From Candidatus Latescibacterota bacterium (lineage in GTDB: Bacteria; Latescibacterota; UBA2968; UBA8231), in the NCBI GenBank assembly GCA_965217585.1, contig OZ244561.1, forward strand, positions 6,368,001 to 6,432,000: a DNA stretch of 64,000 nt, given 5' to 3'. Of this stretch, positions 48,926-57,049 are shown piece after piece. A program made the position numbers and the translations under genes. The notes beneath the pieces were generated by a model that was given only the letters and a program-made list of their open reading frames with translations, did no database searches and was not told the origin of the DNA. Within the stretch, counting starts at the first letter, position 1. Each line of letters opens with the position of its first letter.

Positions 48926-48961
48926 TTATACTATTGATAATGCCTGTTATCGTTAGTATAA
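48926..48961. promoter_or_regulatory. inverted repeat with 6-bp spacer upstream of the recombinase (candidate recombinase site)
   Basis: TTATACTATTGATAA-TGCCTG-TTATCGTTAGTATAA; arms match 13/15. Confidence 0.65.
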
Positions 48962-48979
48962 TGACCAAAATTGAAGAAA

Positions 48980-50743
48980 CTAGAATTTTCGCAATAAACG
49001 CTCCATATCGCTCAATTTCATCCTCGCCATAATCGGCTTGTCCGTCGGGCTTATGTGCGGCGAGTCAACCTTTAGCAATTCGTTGATTAAGTGCGCCATT
49101 TCCTCGGCGTTCAGTTTCTGCCCCTTCTTGATGCTCGCTTTACGCACGTAAGCCAAGACGAGTGCTTCGCGCCAAGATCGGCCCGAATGCTGGCCATCCC
49201 GCACGTCGTTCAATAGCTGATAAAAAACATCGCCTTCGCCCCAGCGATCCAATTCGGCGGGAACAGCTTCCACTAGCACCGTCCGCGCGCCAAAATCCCG
49301 CACCACAAAGCCCAGCTTGGCAATGTCAGCCCGCACTTGGTTGAAGACCGCAAAATCCGCTGCGCCCATCTCTAGCTGTATGGGAAAGAGCAATTGCTGG
49401 CTTGTCTCGCCAAGGCGAGGTGAAGCGCTGGCCACGCCGTCCATTTGCGCCATAGCCCGATCGTAGTTGATGCGCTCGTGCGCGGCCTGCTGATCGACGA
49501 AGAGCAAGCCATCGGCTACCTCGACGAGGATGTACTGGTTGTGGACCTGCCACATCGCGGCGTCTTCGGCTAAGGCGACTTTGGCCGCGGCTGGTGCGAC
49601 GAAGGCCATCGCGAGTTGGTCATCTGCATCATGGGTTGTTGTCTCGGCCGCTCCGGGCGCAGGCAAGCTGTGCAACACCGGCGACGTCGGTTCGCCCACC
49701 CGGACCGAGACCGGCGCGACGCCCGCAGCACTGCTGTCATAGACAAAGGATTGCGTATCGGGCAGCCTGAGCTTCTGCCGGACGCTGTTCTCTATGGCCG
49801 CGATGACCTGCCCTTCGTTGGCCAAGCGAATCTCCCGTTTTGTCGGATGGACGTTGACGTCGATTTTCTTGGGATCCATATCGATCCAGAGCATGAATAC
49901 CGGATGATGCCCATCGGGCAGCAGTCCCCCAAAGCAGCGCTGTACAGCACTGGCCATGAGCCGCGAATAAATGGGCCGCCCCTGAACGATGAGGTACTGC
50001 TTGCCTTTGCTCCGACCGCAGTGTTCGGGGCCAGCCAAGACCCCTTCGATTTTGAGGCCCTCCTCCTCGTGAGCGAGATCCAACAGTTCGGCGGCTGGAA
50101 TGCCCAACAACTCGGCCGCCCGTTCCCGACGAGATGCCGGCGTGTAGCTCAATACCTTGCGATCTTGGTGCTCTAGTTCAAAGCTGAGGGCCGGGTAGCT
50201 GGCGGCTAAATGGATGATGGTCTGTGCCACATGGCGGGCTTCCGTATCGACGGGCCGCAGGAACTTACGCCGCGCCGGCGTATTAAAAAACAGGTTCCTC
50301 ACCACGATGGTCGTGCCGCGTGCTCGACCCATACTGTGCATCTCTCGCTCTATCCCCCCTTCCACGACCAAGCGCGTCCCGGCTTCGTCTTGCTGCGCGC
50401 GCGATTCTATCGCCAAGTGAGCTACCGCCCCAATACTGGCTAGGGCCTCGCCGCGAAACCCCAGCGTCTGAATGTGAAATAGGTCGGCCACCGAGGCCAT
50501 CTTGCTCGTGGCATGACGGCGCACGCACAAAGCAATATCCTCTCTGTTCATGCCCGAGCCATCGTCGGTCACGACAATCGACTGCTTGCCGCCGGCCTTG
50601 ATTTCCACGCGGATCTTAGTGGCACCCGCATCGATCGAGTTTTCGACCAATTCCTTCACGACCGAGGCCGGCCGTTCCACTACCTCACCGGCGGCGATTT
50701 TTCCAATGAGACTTTCGTCGAGAACGCGAATGGTACTCGCCAT
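48980..50743 (-). CDS. mutL: DNA mismatch repair protein MutL
   Basis: KIAAGEVVERPASVVKELVENSIDAGA, TLGFRGEAL, DVNVHPTKREI, DQQAAHERI. Confidence 0.96.
   Translation of the reverse strand: MASTIRVLDESLIGKIAAGEVVERPASVVKELVENSIDAGATKIRVEIKAGGKQSIVVTDDGSGMNREDIALCVRRHATSKMASVADLFHIQTLGFRGEALASIGAVAHLAIESRAQQDEAGTRLVVEGGIEREMHSMGRARGTTIVVRNLFFNTPARRKFLRPVDTEARHVAQTIIHLAASYPALSFELEHQDRKVLSYTPASRRERAAELLGIPAAELLDLAHEEEGLKIEGVLAGPEHCGRSKGKQYLIVQGRPIYSRLMASAVQRCFGGLLPDGHHPVFMLWIDMDPKKIDVNVHPTKREIRLANEGQVIAAIENSVRQKLRLPDTQSFVYDSSAAGVAPVSVRVGEPTSPVLHSLPAPGAAETTTHDADDQLAMAFVAPAAAKVALAEDAAMWQVHNQYILVEVADGLLFVDQQAAHERINYDRAMAQMDGVASASPRLGETSQQLLFPIQLEMGAADFAVFNQVRADIAKLGFVVRDFGARTVLVEAVPAELDRWGEGDVFYQLLNDVRDGQHSGRSWREALVLAYVRKASIKKGQKLNAEEMAHLINELLKVDSPHISPTDKPIMARMKLSDMERLLRKF
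49400..49426 (-). repeat. family I element, in-frame inside mutL
   Basis: GCTTCACCTCGCCTTGGCGAGACAAGC; stem CTCGCC/GGCGAG; encodes ASPRLGETS just before QQLLFP. Confidence 0.6.
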
Positions 50744-50749
50744 ATATCC

Positions 50750-51274
50750 TCACAACTCGGCCCAGAGCCGCTCGGCCTGCTGCCGGAATTCGGCTTGGGT
50801 AATTTTGCCTTGTTTGAGCGCGGTTTCGAGGTCGCGCAAGCGGCGGCGTGGCCCCCCTCCCCCTTTAAGATCCAGCCGTATTTGGGACCAGATGTGCCAC
50901 CCCCCCACGCCGAGCAACAAGGCGATAAAGACCGCACCACCCCACCACGAATCATCTTGCTCTTGGCGCACCACTCCCCCCTTTTGTCGCCAATCTTCGG
51001 CCACGGCTGGGTCGGGCTCGGCTAGTGCGATCCGCTTGGCCATCGTCGTGCCGTTGGTCCCTTGGACGCGCACGGCCCTTTTGAGCTGCCAAGTAAATCC
51101 CCGGGGTTGCACGATTAAATGCTCGATGAGATCGGCCTCTCTTATCTGATCGAACTGCTCCTTGGTAACCGGCACAGCCATAGGACTGAGCAAGTTGAAC
51201 AGCAACACGATCGCCAACAAGAAAGATGCTAACGAAAGAGCGAAGTACGTGGGTGGTGTGGATGGTTTGTCCAT
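50750..51274 (-). CDS. two-TM membrane protein with SHOCT-like C-terminus
   Basis: Two hydrophobic segments; C-terminal QGKITQAEF. Confidence 0.6.
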   Translation of the reverse strand: MDKPSTPPTYFALSLASFLLAIVLLFNLLSPMAVPVTKEQFDQIREADLIEHLIVQPRGFTWQLKRAVRVQGTNGTTMAKRIALAEPDPAVAEDWRQKGGVVRQEQDDSWWGGAVFIALLLGVGGWHIWSQIRLDLKGGGGPRRRLRDLETALKQGKITQAEFRQQAERLWAEL

Positions 51275-51291
51275 ATGTTTCTTTTATTTTT

Positions 51292-51319
51292 TATTTACAT
51301 ATTATATTTTATAAGACAT
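51292..51319 (-). other. dif/XerCD-like site D
   Basis: Minus strand ATGTCTTATAA-AATATA-ATATGTAAATA; arms identical to site C; 1 bp after the upstream stop. Confidence 0.75.
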
Positions 51320-51320
51320 T

Positions 51321-52121
51321 TTATTTTGATTGTCTGCGGTTCAAGACCGCGTCTTGTCTTGCCGACGTACGCATCCATTCCAAGAGACGATAGCTTTCGG
51401 CCACCTCTCCCAAACCCAACAGCGGCTGGGCACGCCCTTGGATACAGGCGACGAAATTGCGATAGTACGCCGCCAGATCGTCCGCTTTCCATACCCAAGG
51501 CCAAGACGTATCGACTATTTCGTCCTGTGCATACGAGCGGATCCGCAAAGCCGGGGCCACAGCCGGAAAGTCGAGGAGCGCAATCGAGCCTTCGACGCCA
51601 TTGCGCATCCTCAGCAGGGCGACCGACACGTCCTCCATGCGCCCGTGATGAAAAAAGTTGCGCATCCTGCTGTACAGCACATCTACCGACCCCCAAGTGC
51701 TCAGTAGCAGGTCGCATACGTCCAAGGCCGCTTGATTGCAGATCGTCTCGCGATCAATAGGATCGAATAAAGCCGAATCAAAAGAAAGTTCCAAGGAGTA
51801 ATGCGCTACACCCTGCTGGGCGGCCAGAGCCGTGCAAAAGTGCGTATGTCTCCCTAAGGACAGCGCACACGCATTGGGATGGCTATTTGCAAACGGCTCC
51901 TGTACGGGATGGGTCGCCATAACGTGCAGACCGGCCGCCACGGCCACGCCCATCCAATGCGATTTATCGTCCACGTGTAACAGCACCAGCCCATCTATTT
52001 TTTGTTCCAAGATCGCGGCGCAGTCGGCTTGGTGTACGAGCTGGATATCGCGGCAGTTCCGCAAGGCATCCCGATGGGCGGCCACCTCGCGGGCATGGCC
52101 TGCCACGCCGAGCGTCATCAT
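51321..52121 (-). CDS. Gfo/Idh/MocA-like oxidoreductase (divergent)
   Basis: N-terminal LGVAG, AGLHV, EDVSVALLRMRNGVEG; weak family similarity. Confidence 0.5.
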   Translation of the reverse strand: MMTLGVAGHAREVAAHRDALRNCRDIQLVHQADCAAILEQKIDGLVLLHVDDKSHWMGVAVAAGLHVMATHPVQEPFANSHPNACALSLGRHTHFCTALAAQQGVAHYSLELSFDSALFDPIDRETICNQAALDVCDLLLSTWGSVDVLYSRMRNFFHHGRMEDVSVALLRMRNGVEGSIALLDFPAVAPALRIRSYAQDEIVDTSWPWVWKADDLAAYYRNFVACIQGRAQPLLGLGEVAESYRLLEWMRTSARQDAVLNRRQSK

Positions 52122-53059
52122 GGTTTCTTGCTCGCCTTAATCCGCTCGCGGAGCCGCTCGCTAAACGCATGTGCCGCGTATTCCCCATCCAAGCGCAAGA
52201 GATAATCCATCGCTATGGTCTCGGCGAGTACCGTGATATTTTTGCCGGGAAACAGCGGTATGAAGACCTCGGGCACCTCGACACCGAGGATTACCACCTT
52301 GTTGTCTTCGAAGCCAAGGCGTTCGTAGGCATATTTTTCGTCCCAATCGACTAGGTTGACCAATACCTCCACCCGCTTCTGCCGCCGCGTCCCCCACACG
52401 CCGAACATCTTTTTTACGTCTAGGATGCCGATGCCGCGAATTTCGATGTGATCTTGGAGCATCTCCGAGCTACGCCCCACCAAAATGCCTTGGGGCTTGC
52501 GATTGATGATGACCATATCGTCGGCCACTAACCGATGCCTGCGCTCGACCAAATCCAAGGCGACCTCGCTTTTGCCAATGCCGCTGCGACCGCGAAAGAG
52601 CAGCCCTACCCCAGAGACATCGACTAGCGTTCCATGCATGGACACTTGGGGTGAGAACACCTCGTCGAGGTAATAGCGGAGGAGATGGGTAAATTCGGCC
52701 GTATTGAATCCAGACTTCAAAAGCGGAACCGCGCACTCATCGGCTAGCTGCCGTAGCTCGGAGTGTATGCGCCCCCGACCGGTCAACACCACGCATGGAA
52801 TATCGAATTGATACATGATTTTGAGGGCTTGTCGCCGTCGGTCTGGGGACAGACTGCGCAGGTACTCCATTTCGGTATTGCCCAAGAGCTGCACTTGATC
52901 CAAGGTAAACAGCTCGACGAAGCCCGTCAGAGCCAAGCCGGGGCGATGGATGTCGCTGTTGTTGATGGTCCGCTGTAGCCCCTCGGTGCCGGCGATGAGC
53001 TTCAGCCGTAGTTGCTGCCCGTAGGTCGCTAGTAGATCCTTGATGGCCAGTTCACTCAT
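52118..53059 (-). CDS. hprK: HPr(Ser) kinase/phosphorylase
   Basis: HRPGLALTG, HGTLVDV, GRSGIGKSE, LVADD, IEIRGIGI. Confidence 0.96.
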   Translation of the reverse strand: MSELAIKDLLATYGQQLRLKLIAGTEGLQRTINNSDIHRPGLALTGFVELFTLDQVQLLGNTEMEYLRSLSPDRRRQALKIMYQFDIPCVVLTGRGRIHSELRQLADECAVPLLKSGFNTAEFTHLLRYYLDEVFSPQVSMHGTLVDVSGVGLLFRGRSGIGKSEVALDLVERRHRLVADDMVIINRKPQGILVGRSSEMLQDHIEIRGIGILDVKKMFGVWGTRRQKRVEVLVNLVDWDEKYAYERLGFEDNKVVILGVEVPEVFIPLFPGKNITVLAETIAMDYLLRLDGEYAAHAFSERLRERIKASKKP

Positions 53060-53957
53060 CGTTACTCAAGCTTTCGAAGATGCGCCGGTACCCTTCGTAG
53101 CGCACCGATGCCACACGACCGGCAGCCACAGCCGCGCGAACCGCGCAACCGGGTTCGTGCAAGTGGCTGCAATCGCCGAATTGACACTGGCCACGCAGGG
53201 GTTCTAGCTCGGGGTAATACGCCGCTAGCTCAGCGGGTTTTACCCCCCACAAGCGGAGCTCTTTAACCCCTGGTGTATCAGCCACATAGCCGCCTTGTTG
53301 CAACTTGAACAAATGCACGACCGTGGTTGTGTGCCGACCCCGGTTGTGGCGCTTCATTATTTCCTTTGTCTTGAGTCCCAATCCCGGTTCGATGCCGTTG
53401 AGCAAGGTCGATTTGCCGACCCCAGACTGGCCGACCACGGCCGTGCTGCGATTGATCAGGGCTTCTTTGAACGCGCCCATGCCGTCGCCTCGTAGAGCAC
53501 TGGTGCGATAGATTGGATAACCGAGGACTTCGTAAGGCGAGGTCAGGGTGCCCACGGCCGCTGGGGAGACTAAATCGACCTTATTGATGCAGATCACGGG
53601 CTGGAGATTCCCCTTGATCGCCATGACAATCGCTCGGTCGATAAAGCCGCGGCGGGGGCTTGGTTGGCAAGCGGCCACGACGACGACCAATTGCTCCATA
53701 TTGACAAAGAGGATCTGCTCAAATGGGCGTGTCCCACTGGCTCCACGCGAGAACTTGGAAGATCGGGGATGCACCGCTTCGATGACGCCCGTCCGTTCGG
53801 CCGTAGGCACCACCTCGACCCAGTCGCCGGCGACAACCGGGGAGCTGGTCTTGCGGCACCCGGCCTTGAGACGGCCCCGAATCTCGCATTGCCAGTGGCT
53901 TCGCCCGACCTCGACGAGGCACCGTAGCCCAGAAACTCTGATGATGCGGCCCTGCAT
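53052..53957 (-). CDS. rsgA: ribosome small-subunit-dependent GTPase A
   Basis: NKVDL, GQSGVGKSTLLN, GRHTTT, DTPG, zinc finger CQFGDCSHLHEPGC. Confidence 0.96.
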   Translation of the reverse strand: MQGRIIRVSGLRCLVEVGRSHWQCEIRGRLKAGCRKTSSPVVAGDWVEVVPTAERTGVIEAVHPRSSKFSRGASGTRPFEQILFVNMEQLVVVVAACQPSPRRGFIDRAIVMAIKGNLQPVICINKVDLVSPAAVGTLTSPYEVLGYPIYRTSALRGDGMGAFKEALINRSTAVVGQSGVGKSTLLNGIEPGLGLKTKEIMKRHNRGRHTTTVVHLFKLQQGGYVADTPGVKELRLWGVKPAELAAYYPELEPLRGQCQFGDCSHLHEPGCAVRAAVAAGRVASVRYEGYRRIFESLSNDE

Positions 53958-53973
53958 GCGCGCCCGCCCCTGC

Positions 53974-54696
53974 CTACTCCCCTTTAGCGAGGCGCTCGGC
54001 TAGGTAGTTGGGGTAGCCGAGGTTGTCGATCTTCTGTTGGGTCAGCTTGACTGGGTATTCGACGCGCTGGAGTTCGATCCATTGTTCGTCGGTATCCCAC
54101 AGGGTGTACGCCGACCGCCAGTCGCCATCGCGGGGTTGGCCGACGCTGCCGACGGAGACCAAGTATTGATGATCCCCTATGGCGGCCGTGGCCGAGGTCA
54201 GGGGCATGGGCTTGTCGCGCATCTTGCAGTAAATGCGCGCTTCGTGGGTGTGGCCGACAAAAGCCAATGGCCATTTGAGGTGGCTCATGCACCAAGTGAC
54301 GCGATCGTACATGAGTAGGGGCTCCCATTCTTCGGGTTTGAGGGGATTGGCATGGGACAACGCCGCATTGCCCTCCACGCGCCGAAAGACCCCTTGCCGC
54401 AAAAAGTCGCGTTCTTCCTCCCCGAATACCTCACATGCTTGGTAGAGCGAGGGACGAGCCAGCAGGTTAAAAGACTGGATGCGCACCGGCTCCAATACAG
54501 CTTGGTCGTGATTGCCCAATACGATCTGTGCCTCTACCTCCTTGAGGCGATAGAGGCAGCCCAAAGGATCGGGACCGTACCCCACGATGTCCCCCAAGCA
54601 GATAATGCGCTCGGCACCGGCGTTGGCCGCAGCGATCAATACGGCCTCTAGCGCTTCGAGATTGGCGTGGATATCGGCGAGCACTGCGATCTTCAA
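53974..54696 (-). CDS. metallophosphoesterase
   Basis: DIHAN, GDIVGYG, GNHD, GHTH, GSVGQPRDGD. Confidence 0.92.
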   Translation of the reverse strand: MKIAVLADIHANLEALEAVLIAAANAGAERIICLGDIVGYGPDPLGCLYRLKEVEAQIVLGNHDQAVLEPVRIQSFNLLARPSLYQACEVFGEEERDFLRQGVFRRVEGNAALSHANPLKPEEWEPLLMYDRVTWCMSHLKWPLAFVGHTHEARIYCKMRDKPMPLTSATAAIGDHQYLVSVGSVGQPRDGDWRSAYTLWDTDEQWIELQRVEYPVKLTQQKIDNLGYPNYLAERLAKGE

Positions 54697-54707
54697 AGGG
54701 CCCCGCC

Positions 54708-55634
54708 TCAGTTGAATAGTGCGCTAATGGAGGTTTCTTCGTGGATAGCGCGTATGGCGCTGGCAAAGAGAGAAGCCACAGAGCACACCTGCATCATGGG
54801 TGCGCGGGCGTCCGCCGGCAAGGGAATCGTATCGGTGATGGCGAGGGCTTGGAGGCTGGATTGATCCAGCCGCGCTATCGTCTCCTTGGTTAAGGTGCCG
54901 TGGACGCAACCAGCGTAGATTTTGCGTGCCCCGCGCTCCTTGACGGCGGCGGCGCCCTTGAGGATGGAAGTGCCGGTAATGATCGCGTCGTCGAAGAATA
55001 CGACATCGCGGTCGGCTACATCGCCAATAACCCTGTTTTCCCCGGCGCCCTGATCAACCACGACGAGGGGCAACCCCAACCGCTGGGCATAGGTCTCGGT
55101 GACCTTGGCGCGGCTGATGTCTGGCGCGGCCGCGACCAAGTTGTCTCGGTCGAGGTCGGCGTAATAAGCGCATATCGCCGGGACGCCACTCAGTTGGTCC
55201 ACTAGGATCCGGCTAAAGCCCATAGTCTGCGGGCTGTGTAAGGTCATGGTGAGAATGCGGTCCGCCCCGGCTTCGGCGATCAGATCTGCCACCAAGCGGC
55301 CGGCCACGGAAATCCTCGGCTCGTCCTTGCTGTCGGCCAGAGCATACGGATAGTACGGCAAGACGGCGGTGATGCGGCCAGCCGAGGCGTATTTTAGGGC
55401 GTCGAGGGCTATGAGTAGCTCCATCAAGTAGTCGCTAACGGGCGGACACGAGGTTTGAATAAAGAACACATCGCGGCCGCGCACGTTTTCACAGATCTTT
55501 ACCTTTATATTTTCGTTGCTAAAGTCGATAAACTCGATGCGCCCTGGCTCAATGGCCAGCGACTGGTAAATGCCCTTAGCCAATGTGGGATTGCTCCGCC
55601 CGGCGAAAACCTTGAGATCCGTACTACCCATCAA
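54708..55634 (-). CDS. prs: ribose-phosphate pyrophosphokinase paralog (degenerate motifs)
   Basis: ENVRGRDV, ASAGRITAVLPYYPY, TDTIP; KRR loop absent. Confidence 0.85.
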   Translation of the reverse strand: MMGSTDLKVFAGRSNPTLAKGIYQSLAIEPGRIEFIDFSNENIKVKICENVRGRDVFFIQTSCPPVSDYLMELLIALDALKYASAGRITAVLPYYPYALADSKDEPRISVAGRLVADLIAEAGADRILTMTLHSPQTMGFSRILVDQLSGVPAICAYYADLDRDNLVAAAPDISRAKVTETYAQRLGLPLVVVDQGAGENRVIGDVADRDVVFFDDAIITGTSILKGAAAVKERGARKIYAGCVHGTLTKETIARLDQSSLQALAITDTIPLPADARAPMMQVCSVASLFASAIRAIHEETSISALFN

Positions 55635-55642
55635 TAGGCCCC

Positions 55643-56311
55643 TTAGAACATGGCTAGTGCGGCGCGGGCTTGAGCGGCAATCGGGTACTGGGTGAACGTG
55701 CGACTGACCTCTTTGAGTAGGGCCTGTTGCTTGTCGCTCTCGCCGGCCAACCCATATATGCGAGCTGCTTCCATCCGCGCCATGGCCTCGCGGATGGTAC
55801 CCGCTTGTTGGGCCGCATAGGATTCGTAGTGCTGGGCCGCGGCCAAGAACTGCCCTTCGGCTTCGAGACAGGCACCAAGACCGCTCTGGGCCGCGTAGGC
55901 CAGGACATCCAAAGGCTCGTAGTTGTCCAAATAGCTCTGGTAGTAGCCCCGGGCCTCGACATAGCGGCCCTGTGCGTAGTGGAGATTGGCCAAGAGCACG
56001 ACCCCTTGGGCTGCGGCCGGGGTCCCGGCATAAGAGGACACTAGCTCTTCGGCCAAGCGGATTGCCTCGGTCGGCTCTCCGCCCTGCTCGACCATCAGCA
56101 CATCGCCGAGTAGGGCCGCAGCTTTGAGCCTATTAGCCTCTTTGGACTCGATAAAATAATTGATGGCCATAATGACCACTATCACTGCGACGACCCCACC
56201 GCCAAAGAGATTGGCGCGCTCTTTGACGTACTCGACTGCCTGCATGATCCATTCGACGAACTCGTCTTCGCGGAGTTCGCTCTTGCTCAGTTTACGGCGT
56301 TCACTCGACAT
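55643..56311 (-). CDS. membrane-anchored TPR protein (YfgM-like)
   Basis: ELREDEF, a TM segment, then TPR helices. Confidence 0.75.
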   Translation of the reverse strand: MSSERRKLSKSELREDEFVEWIMQAVEYVKERANLFGGGVVAVIVVIMAINYFIESKEANRLKAAALLGDVLMVEQGGEPTEAIRLAEELVSSYAGTPAAAQGVVLLANLHYAQGRYVEARGYYQSYLDNYEPLDVLAYAAQSGLGACLEAEGQFLAAAQHYESYAAQQAGTIREAMARMEAARIYGLAGESDKQQALLKEVSRTFTQYPIAAQARAALAMF

Positions 56312-56347
56312 GAAGGTATGGCGTCTCCATCGTTTTGGGTTCTGGTT

Positions 56348-56860
56348 TCAATAGACGATAGCGCTTTCCAATTTGTACCCGTGCAAGAGGTCGCGGCCCG
56401 ACAGAAAGCTCAACTCAGCCAAAACGCTGATGCCTGAGATAACAGCCCCTAGTTTTTCGAGCACTTGACACGTCGCCGCCAAGGTCCCACCGGTGGCCAA
56501 AACATCATCCACGACCAATACCTTTTGCCCCGGTGCGATGGCATCGGTGTGTATTTCTAAGGCCGTCTCACCGTATTCGAGCGCGAAGTCGCGGCGCAGC
56601 GTGGCCGCCGGTAGCTTACCCGGCTTGCGCACCGGCACAAAACCGCATCCCAATTCGAGTGCTATCGGCGTCGCGAACACAAATCCGCGGGCCTCTATAC
56701 CGGCTACTAAGTCCACTTCGGCGTCCGCAAAGGGTTCGAGCATGATTTGGACCGCGGCCGATAAACCAGCGGGGTCTTTGAGCAGCGGCGTGATGTCTTT
56801 GTATAAGACACCGTCTTGCGGGAAATTGGGGATTTCGCGGATTAGGTCTTTTAGGTTCAT
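56348..56860 (-). CDS. apt: adenine phosphoribosyltransferase
   Basis: KDITPLL, GIEARGF, RKPGKLP, LEYG, VDDVLATGGT. Confidence 0.96.
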   Translation of the reverse strand: MNLKDLIREIPNFPQDGVLYKDITPLLKDPAGLSAAVQIMLEPFADAEVDLVAGIEARGFVFATPIALELGCGFVPVRKPGKLPAATLRRDFALEYGETALEIHTDAIAPGQKVLVVDDVLATGGTLAATCQVLEKLGAVISGISVLAELSFLSGRDLLHGYKLESAIVY

Positions 56861-56886
56861 TTTACATATTATATTTTATGAGTCTT
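56859..56886 (-). other. dif/XerCD-like site E
   Basis: Minus strand AAGACTCATAA-AATATA-ATATGTAAAAT; overlaps the upstream stop and the apt ATG. Confidence 0.68.
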
Positions 56887-57046
56887 AAAACAGCGCATAA
56901 ATAAAGGGGGCCACGGCCGACCCTTGGGTTGTGACAATTAACAGCCCTAACAGAATCAAAGTAGCGAATATCGGCCCCAACCACCACTTTTTGCGAACCT
57001 TCATAAAATCCCATAACTCAGAGAAAATACTCAATTTACTTGGCAT
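56885..57046 (-). CDS. small membrane protein, DUF5989/SxtK-like (53 aa)
   Basis: Not in the ORF track. MPSKLSIFSELWDFMKVRKKWWLGPIFATLILLGLLIVTTQGSAVAPFIYALF; RKKWWL.P and APFIY.LF motifs. Confidence 0.85.
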   Translation of the reverse strand: MPSKLSIFSELWDFMKVRKKWWLGPIFATLILLGLLIVTTQGSAVAPFIYALF

Positions 57047-57049
57047 TAC

